Part shown: positions 58,096 to 64,000 of the stretch, piece after piece
Position numbering within the stretch: position 1 is the stretch's first letter
Layout: each line of letters begins with the position of its first letter
NCBI GenBank assembly: GCA_963674815.2
Contig: CAXXTV010000009.1
Location: 73,515-137,514, forward strand
DNA: 64,000 nt
Direction: 5' to 3'
From: Desulfocapsaceae bacterium
GTDB lineage: Bacteria > Desulfobacterota > Desulfobulbia > Desulfobulbales > Desulfocapsaceae
Program-made: the position numbers and the translations under genes
Notes under the pieces: model-generated
The model's input: only the letters and a program-made list of their open reading frames with translations
Databases searched by the model: none
What the model was told of the DNA's origin: nothing

Positions 58096-58710
58096 ATGCT
58101 AAAAATTAACCTGCTTCCGATAAGGCAACTCAAGAAACGTGCGAAAGCACGCAACCAGATTGCTGCCGGCATCGTTGTCTTTATCAGTGTCCTCGTTCTG
58201 CTTGGCCTGGTCGGCATGCTCCAGGCGGGAAGAATTTCAAATCTCAAAGATGATATTGCCGCAAAAACCGTAGAAAAGAAATCCTTCGACAAGGTTGTCC
58301 AGGAGCTTGCTGATCTTGAAAAGAAGCGTCTGGACCTGAACAACAAGATACAGATCATCAATCAATTAAAATCCGACTCGTCCTTGACGGTGCATGTTCT
58401 TGATGAAGTTGCAAAGCTTATCGACAACAACCGAATGTGGCTGACTGCCCTCAACCAGCGGGGGAGCAGCCTCAAACTTACCGGTTACGCCCTTGACAAC
58501 CAGACCGTGGCCCAGTTCATGGATGAGCTGGAGACGTCGCCCTTCATCAAGTCGGTGAGCCTCAATAACTCATCGCTGAAACAGGTATCGGGCACGGACC
58601 TCAAAGAGTTCGGTCTGTCCTGCGTCGTATCCATGCCGCAACCGGAAGGGGCACAGGCAGAAACCGAAGCAGATTCGCCGTCATCATCTCCTGAAAGTGT
58701 CGACTCATGA
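58096..58710 (+). CDS. pilN: type IV pilus assembly protein PilN
   Basis: 204 aa. MLKINLLP N-terminus, single TM and a coiled coil. Confidence 0.85.
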   Translation: MLKINLLPIRQLKKRAKARNQIAAGIVVFISVLVLLGLVGMLQAGRISNLKDDIAAKTVEKKSFDKVVQELADLEKKRLDLNNKIQIINQLKSDSSLTVHVLDEVAKLIDNNRMWLTALNQRGSSLKLTGYALDNQTVAQFMDELETSPFIKSVSLNNSSLKQVSGTDLKEFGLSCVVSMPQPEGAQAETEADSPSSSPESVDS

Positions 58711-59336
58711 AAAAGAGTAACTCAAAATTTGCGGCCTTCATCGACGAAAAATATATACCGATGGGGAAAAATGTTAAGATCGCGCTTCTCGCGCTCTTTA
58801 TCCTTGTCCCCATCGCGCTGTTCTATTTCCTGTTTTATCAGCCGAACAGCGATAAAATCGCCGGGCTTGCAAAAAACCGTGACCAGCTGCACCAGGAAAT
58901 TCAGGACCTGAAGCAGAAAGAACGGGACAAACCGAGGCTGCTCGCCGAGGTTGCCAAGGTCGAGGAAGAGTTTGAGGAGGCGGCAAAAATGCTGCCGAAA
59001 GACCAGGAAATACCAAAACTTCTCAAGGACATATCCGCACTTGGCCGCAATGCGGGGCTCGACTTTCTCACCTTTGTGCCGCGACCGGTCACCCCGAGGG
59101 ATTTCTATGACGAGATCCCGGTGGACATCGATATTCGCGGCCCGTATCACTCGATGGGATTTTTCTTCGATCAGGTGAGCAAGCTTGATCGAATCGTTTC
59201 TGTGACAAATACCAATATGACATCACCGCAAAAAGTGCAGGGTGAAATGCTGCTCAGCTCGAATTGTCAGCTGATGACGTATCGGTTTACCAATAAACCG
59301 CTGCCGACAGACGATAAGAAGAAAAAGAAAAAGTAA
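58707..59336 (+). CDS. pilO: type IV pilus assembly protein PilO
   Basis: 209 aa. TM, coiled coil, and C-terminal PilO-like domain (IPVDIDIRGPYHSMGFFFDQVSKLDRIV). Confidence 0.85.
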   Translation: MKKSNSKFAAFIDEKYIPMGKNVKIALLALFILVPIALFYFLFYQPNSDKIAGLAKNRDQLHQEIQDLKQKERDKPRLLAEVAKVEEEFEEAAKMLPKDQEIPKLLKDISALGRNAGLDFLTFVPRPVTPRDFYDEIPVDIDIRGPYHSMGFFFDQVSKLDRIVSVTNTNMTSPQKVQGEMLLSSNCQLMTYRFTNKPLPTDDKKKKKK

Positions 59337-59359
59337 CCATTTATTCCGAGAAAAGACTT

Positions 59360-59887
59360 ATGTATACAACATCCAGACATAATAGGTTCAGGCGCGCTTC
59401 TTGCGCAGCCTGCTTATTTTTTCTTTTCGGATCACTCTCGGTATCCGTTGCCCAGCAAACACCAGCAGAGAGTCAGGATGTAAATCAGGTACCGCTTGAA
59501 ATCAGAAAAAGCGCAAGCACCTTCGAATACCAGATCGAGGGTCGCCCCGATCCCTTCCTGCCGTTTATAACAGAACGTGTGAATACCAACGAAAACCCTG
59601 ATGAGATTATTGACAGAGACCAGATCCTGAGCGGCATGCAGCTTTTCGAGCCCGGCCAGTTGACGCTCGTCGCCCTGATGGTTGCTGGCAGCAACAAGTA
59701 TGCCATGGTGCAGGATTTCACCGGCAAGGGATATGTCATAGAAGAAGGGACCAAGATCGGCAGGCGCGGTGTTGTCGCAGATATCGTAGAAAACAAAGTC
59801 ATCATAGAAGAACAAGCACTTACCCGTGGCGGAAGAACCTTAATCAACAAAATTGCCATGGTTTTAAAGAAAGAGGGAGAAGAATAA
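59360..59887 (+). CDS. pilP: type IV pilus assembly protein PilP
   Basis: 175 aa. Signal sequence, RPDPFLPF motif, and C-terminal beta domain (YAMVQDFTGKGYVIEEGTKIG). Confidence 0.8.
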   Translation: MYTTSRHNRFRRASCAACLFFLFGSLSVSVAQQTPAESQDVNQVPLEIRKSASTFEYQIEGRPDPFLPFITERVNTNENPDEIIDRDQILSGMQLFEPGQLTLVALMVAGSNKYAMVQDFTGKGYVIEEGTKIGRRGVVADIVENKVIIEEQALTRGGRTLINKIAMVLKKEGEE

Positions 59888-59890
59888 ACA

Positions 59891-61381
59891 ATGTATACTC
59901 GGCTTACCACTACATTCTTGACCATATTCTCCATCGTCTGTCTCACCTTGACCTTCCTGGTATCACCGGTGCCCGCCGCCCCGGGAGACACCTATGTGGT
60001 CACGGCTATAAATACTGATATTCAATCAGATGGCTTTGTGATGACGATCTCCGGTGAAGCGGTTCCGGTCTATACGGTCACTGAACGGTTCGATCCCTTC
60101 CGGGTCATCGTCGATGTCGCCGGGGTTCAGTTCAGCGACACAGTCCAGCTCGACAAGGTTTTACCGGCCAACAAATTTGCCAGCCTGAAGATAGCCGAGA
60201 TCAGCAACCAGCAGCCGCAGATCGGCCGATTCGAGTTTACCGTCGCGGAAAACATTGTCTACGACGTAAAACAGACCAACAACGACCTGAGTATATCCCT
60301 CAAGGCCCAGGCAGAGACAGCCGCTGCACCGTCCCCCGGCCCCACCGACAAGGTGGCCGAGTCGGTTTTTGCCGTGCCCGACCAGGCCGTGAGCATGCTG
60401 AACCCCGAGGAACAGAAGAGAGCCGACGAGATGCAGAAACTCAAGGACAGCTTCTCCTTCTCCGGATACAACAATGAGAGAATCAGCGTCGATTTCTACA
60501 AGATAGACCTCCACAACGTCTTCAGGCTGTTCCGCCAGATCACCGACCTCAACATCATTGTAGATGAAGCCGTGAACGGCTCGATCACCCTGGCGCTGAC
60601 CGATGTTCCCTGGGACTTCGCCCTTGACATCATTTTAAACCTTGCGGACCTGAAGAAGGAAGAGCGCTACAACACTATCGTCATTTACCCGAAGGACAAG
60701 GAATTCCTCTGGCCCCAGCGGGCTGTCGACAACCTCTCGTTTGAAGCCGATGTCGAAGTGGTCCAGGAAGAGGCCCTGATCATCGAACAGTCGACAAACC
60801 AGCCGGCCGAGATCATGCAGGCGAAGGAACTCCTGCTCAAGGGTGCGCGGCTCGAGAAAAAAGATGATTATGAAGAAGCAGTTGCCCTCTACGAAGAGGC
60901 CCACGCACTATGGCCCGAAAACACCAGGATATCAAACAGGATTGCCAACATCTACCTGGGCCGGCTGAACCTCAACGCCAAAGCGTTTCATTACGCCCAG
61001 AAAACGCTCCAGAAAGATCCCGCCGACACCAAGGCCGCGCTTTACTGCGCCATTTCAGCTGCCAACATGAATAAAATCGCCGAGGCCACCGAATATTTCG
61101 GCCAGAGCGTCAGTGACAACCCGCCGAGGAAAGAAGCGCTTATCAGCTTCGCCGCTTTCAGTGAAAACAATGACCAGAAGGACGTGGCACTGAAACTGCT
61201 CGACGCCTACAGTTCAAATTATGGGGACACCCTGCATGTAATGGTGAGCAGGGCCCGCATATACGACAGCATCGGCCAGAAAGACAAAGCGGCCGCCCAG
61301 TATCGTGCGCTCTTAACATCCGGTTTCCAAATGCGACCAGATCTCAAGCAATACGTTACGGATCGAGTGTCTGCTGAATAA
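59891..61381 (+). CDS. AMIN-domain / secretin-N0-like / TPR protein (PilQ N-terminal module fused to TPR repeats)
   Basis: Signal peptide. AMIN-like VVTAINTDIQSDGFVMTISGEAVPVYTVTERFDPFRVIVDVAGVQF. N0-like ISVDFYKIDLHNVFRLFRQITDLNIIVDEAVNGSITLALTDVPWDFALDIILNLADL. TPR-like C-terminal third. No secretin C-domain. Confidence 0.7.
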   Translation: MYTRLTTTFLTIFSIVCLTLTFLVSPVPAAPGDTYVVTAINTDIQSDGFVMTISGEAVPVYTVTERFDPFRVIVDVAGVQFSDTVQLDKVLPANKFASLKIAEISNQQPQIGRFEFTVAENIVYDVKQTNNDLSISLKAQAETAAAPSPGPTDKVAESVFAVPDQAVSMLNPEEQKRADEMQKLKDSFSFSGYNNERISVDFYKIDLHNVFRLFRQITDLNIIVDEAVNGSITLALTDVPWDFALDIILNLADLKKEERYNTIVIYPKDKEFLWPQRAVDNLSFEADVEVVQEEALIIEQSTNQPAEIMQAKELLLKGARLEKKDDYEEAVALYEEAHALWPENTRISNRIANIYLGRLNLNAKAFHYAQKTLQKDPADTKAALYCAISAANMNKIAEATEYFGQSVSDNPPRKEALISFAAFSENNDQKDVALKLLDAYSSNYGDTLHVMVSRARIYDSIGQKDKAAAQYRALLTSGFQMRPDLKQYVTDRVSAE

Positions 61382-61455
61382 TGATAACCATAGTTCTAAT
61401 GGCAAATTAAATGCTCAAACATCAGCTATCATCTTTGCCGAAGAGGTTCTGAAAC

Positions 61456-63168
61456 ATGAAGTTAACCAACCGTTTTTCACGCTCTTTTGCCGTCCTTCTG
61501 TTCCTGGTTTTTCTAGCATCCTGCGCTCATCAACAGCAGGCTGTCACCGAGAAGCCGATTACACCTCCAGAGCAGCAGGCAGCAGCGATGCCGGACTTCA
61601 AGAAAGCACCGGCAACGCTTCCCGTCATGTATCAGAATCCCGCCTACATGGTTGATTCTGATGAGCAGGACGAATTGTTCTCGGGTAGCGAGGATTCCGT
61701 CCTCAAGGTCGGCGCCACCATCAAGTCAACCCGGGGGCCGCAGCCGCTGTGGGATATTCTCAAGCGCCTCGCCGCCCTGAAGAAGATGAATGTCTCCTGG
61801 GCCAGCGACGTCGACCAGAATGTCCTCGTCGATGTCGATATCAGCGCCGGCGATGATTTTTACGGGGCCATCGACAACCTGCTCCGCCAGGTTGACTATT
61901 TTCATGAGATGCAGGGCAACACCATCGTCGTCAAATACAAGGAAGTCAGGCAGTTCCGTATTGCCATGCCGTTTGTTAAATCAAACTACAAGACCGGGAC
62001 CGGCGGCAATGTCCTGGGCAGCAACGATGCCTCGAACAATATCGACGGCACCATCGAGCTCAAGAGTGACGATAACACCTTCGACATCTGGGATAATGTC
62101 CGGACGAACATGGACAGCATCATCGCTCTCTGGAACACTGAAGCAGTTACCCCGGAAGCTGCTGCTGAAGAGGGTGCCGAAGAAGCACCGGTTCCGGCAG
62201 AGACCCCGCAGCAGGCAACACGCCGCGTCTCATCGGGGGGCGTCACCTACCTGATTGACAGGCCGGTCGGCATTATCACGGTAACCGCACCAAGACCGCT
62301 TCTTGACGAACTGCAGCGCTATTTTGACAGTCTCACCAGTGAACTGTACAAGCAGATAGCCATTGAGGCCAAAATCATAGAGGTGCAGCTCACCGACAAT
62401 TCGTCTCTTGGCATTAACTGGACGAGTATGCTGAAGAACAAGAGCCTGACCGGGCTGGTCACCTTCGGCGCCACCGGCAGCGACGCCAGCGGAAATTACA
62501 CCCAGGGGCAGGTCTGGCCGTATGTGTTTTCAAATGAAGACTCATACAACAACGGTACCGACCACGGCAACATCTACGATCCTACCCGCTTCGTCTCCAA
62601 GATCACCATGGACGCTCTCGGCTTTGAGGTATTTCTCAATGCCCTGAACGAGGAGGGGGATGCCAAGATTCTCTCCAATCCGAAACTTTCCGTGATGAAC
62701 GGGCAGCCTTCGCTGTTGACCGTTGGCCGCAACGTCACCTACATAGAGTCGGTCGAGGTCGATATAGACAATGAAACCGGCGTGAGAACCTATAGCGCTG
62801 AAACAGCCCGTATTCTCTCGGGTGTCGGCCTGGCGCTCACCGCGACAATACTCGACGACCAGGAGATCGTCATGAATCTTGTCCCGGTCACCTCCGAACT
62901 CGAGGGGGAAATCGAGTACAGACAGTTCGGGGATGGCGGTGAAGTGGGCCTGCCGATTGTCAACGTCCGGGAGATGAGTACCACCGTCAGGGTCAGAAAC
63001 GGGGAAATGCTCGTCATCGGCGGACTCATCAGCGAGGTAGAGGACACCCAGGGCGAGTTCGCGCCGGTTGTCGGATCGATACCGATTGTCCGCTACCTGT
63101 TTGGCTACGAACAGAAAATAAAGCAAAAACGTGAGCTGATCATTCTGCTGAGGCCGCGAATCATATAA
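61456..63168 (+). CDS. secretin, MshL/PilQ-family lipoprotein
   Basis: Lipobox LASC. Secretin C-domain blocks (LSNPKLSVMNGQPSLLTVG, GLALTATILDDQEIVMNLVP, LPIVNVREMSTTVRVRNGEMLVIGGLI, IPIVRYLFGYEQKIKQKRELIILLRPRII). Confidence 0.85.
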   Translation: MKLTNRFSRSFAVLLFLVFLASCAHQQQAVTEKPITPPEQQAAAMPDFKKAPATLPVMYQNPAYMVDSDEQDELFSGSEDSVLKVGATIKSTRGPQPLWDILKRLAALKKMNVSWASDVDQNVLVDVDISAGDDFYGAIDNLLRQVDYFHEMQGNTIVVKYKEVRQFRIAMPFVKSNYKTGTGGNVLGSNDASNNIDGTIELKSDDNTFDIWDNVRTNMDSIIALWNTEAVTPEAAAEEGAEEAPVPAETPQQATRRVSSGGVTYLIDRPVGIITVTAPRPLLDELQRYFDSLTSELYKQIAIEAKIIEVQLTDNSSLGINWTSMLKNKSLTGLVTFGATGSDASGNYTQGQVWPYVFSNEDSYNNGTDHGNIYDPTRFVSKITMDALGFEVFLNALNEEGDAKILSNPKLSVMNGQPSLLTVGRNVTYIESVEVDIDNETGVRTYSAETARILSGVGLALTATILDDQEIVMNLVPVTSELEGEIEYRQFGDGGEVGLPIVNVREMSTTVRVRNGEMLVIGGLISEVEDTQGEFAPVVGSIPIVRYLFGYEQKIKQKRELIILLRPRII

Positions 63169-63233
63169 TACCAGTGACACTATCGTTAAATTTGTCGTAC
63201 TCAATCATCACTACATTTGGCAGGGAGATTATT

Positions 63234-64000
63234 ATGAACAGGCTGAAATATCTGATCATCGGAATTTTAGCGTTGATCATGGCCGGTTGCGGCCACACCG
63301 TTGTTGAAACACTGAACGTTCCTGAAGGGGCCGGGCCGAACGCCCCCGGTTTCGGGAAGCGCGTCGTGATTCTGCCGTTTGCTGACTATTCCTACGCAGA
63401 CTCGCTTGTCTCCGCCCACCGGCGCTACCTGCAGGTAGGCGAATCATTGAGTGATCGCCTGGCAGTAAACGGCTTCAACCAGCCGATTCAGGAAGATGTC
63501 TTCAGGTATCTGATCGAGCAGGAGTTGATTGCTCTGGTTGCCTATCAAGACAGCAGCTCGACCTCTCTCAACCAGGAGCTGAGCAACGAGTGGTCCGAAA
63601 AGATGAAGGGAATCCTCCAGGGATACCTCCAGGAAGAGCGGATGGAACGCACCAACCGGGTAATGCAGAGTCCCGGCACGCACGGGTTGACAGAAAAGAC
63701 CATCCGCAAGATCGGCAGGCATTTTAATGCCGATTACGTGGTCAGGGGACGAATCCTCGAGTACAAGACCCGCCAGGATCCTTCCTGGGAGCCCTGGAAA
63801 AAAGGTATCCTGCCGTTCGTCACCGGCGGAACCAGCCGGATTGCCTACGGATTTGCCGGCTCTGACCAGTACGATGTCTGGAATCAGATGTCCGCCGGTG
63901 CATCAATCGGCGCCCTTGTCGGCTATGACACCGTCTGGCCGTTTGACGACAAGACCCTGTTCGGGGCCAGCAGCGCAACCTCCAACGCAATATTCTGGGG
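63234..64000 (+). CDS. hypothetical lipoprotein (3' end outside window)
   Basis: ATG 63234 after GGGAG. MNRLKYLIIGILALIMAGCGH lipoprotein signal. The frame stays open to the window end. It is not in the ORF track because no stop is reached. Confidence 0.6.
   Translation, partial: MNRLKYLIIGILALIMAGCGHTVVETLNVPEGAGPNAPGFGKRVVILPFADYSYADSLVSAHRRYLQVGESLSDRLAVNGFNQPIQEDVFRYLIEQELIALVAYQDSSSTSLNQELSNEWSEKMKGILQGYLQEERMERTNRVMQSPGTHGLTEKTIRKIGRHFNADYVVRGRILEYKTRQDPSWEPWKKGILPFVTGGTSRIAYGFAGSDQYDVWNQMSAGASIGALVGYDTVWPFDDKTLFGASSATSNAIFW

Noticed and set aside
1-64000. A scan for CRISPR arrays, rRNA genes, and intact integrase or transposase genes.
   Set aside because: I found no regularly spaced direct repeats and no rRNA-like conserved stretches. 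The only transposase signal is the IS256 stub, and no tyrosine- or serine-recombinase-like ORF appears in the track.

Overview
This is a 64-kb chromosomal window, moderately GC-rich. Its gene content looks like a Desulfobacterota/deltaproteobacterial anaerobe, which is an inference from gene families only.

Gene order, left to right:
- A GltD-like flavoprotein followed by korAB (2-oxoacid:ferredoxin oxidoreductase).
- An 805-aa secreted hypothetical protein coupled to holA.
- clpS-clpA, a HIT protein, rmuC and an AMP-dependent ligase.
- Amino-acid ABC transporter genes, an MFS transporter and a LivK-like binding protein.
- An RCK K+ channel.
- On the minus strand, a glutaredoxin-like gene, an ABC-2 exporter and gshB.
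- An SH3 protein, an APH/P-loop kinase and mscL.
- An IclR-TRAP-kduID uronate locus.
- A Cys-rich secreted protein, a vWA protein, a DUF3617-like gene and a DUF72 gene.
- An accessory region (about 41.1-50.6 kb) that ends at tRNA-Leu(GAG), which lies downstream of gap-rimI-pgk-tpiA-secG.
- sfsA, lepB, and a pilMNOP + AMIN/N0/TPR + MshL-like secretin cluster.

The accessory region holds a PEP-CTERM protein, hipBA and a degenerate copy of the tRNA-Leu 3' end. It also holds a visibly AT-rich island of about 6 kb with an IS256 transposase remnant and a truncated RT-like gene. The island ends in a tight six-gene operon (47134-50253). That operon encodes NYN/PIN-like, BglII-fold and membrane-anchored Mrr-like nucleases and has no methyltransferase. 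It is my top candidate for an undescribed defence system.

Separately, at least nine single-base (+1) frameshifts break five genes between 11.9 and 27.9 kb. Most of them sit in homopolymer runs.

I saw no rRNA, no CRISPR array, and no intact transposase or integrase. All homology statements come from reading the translated ORFs by eye; no searches were run.
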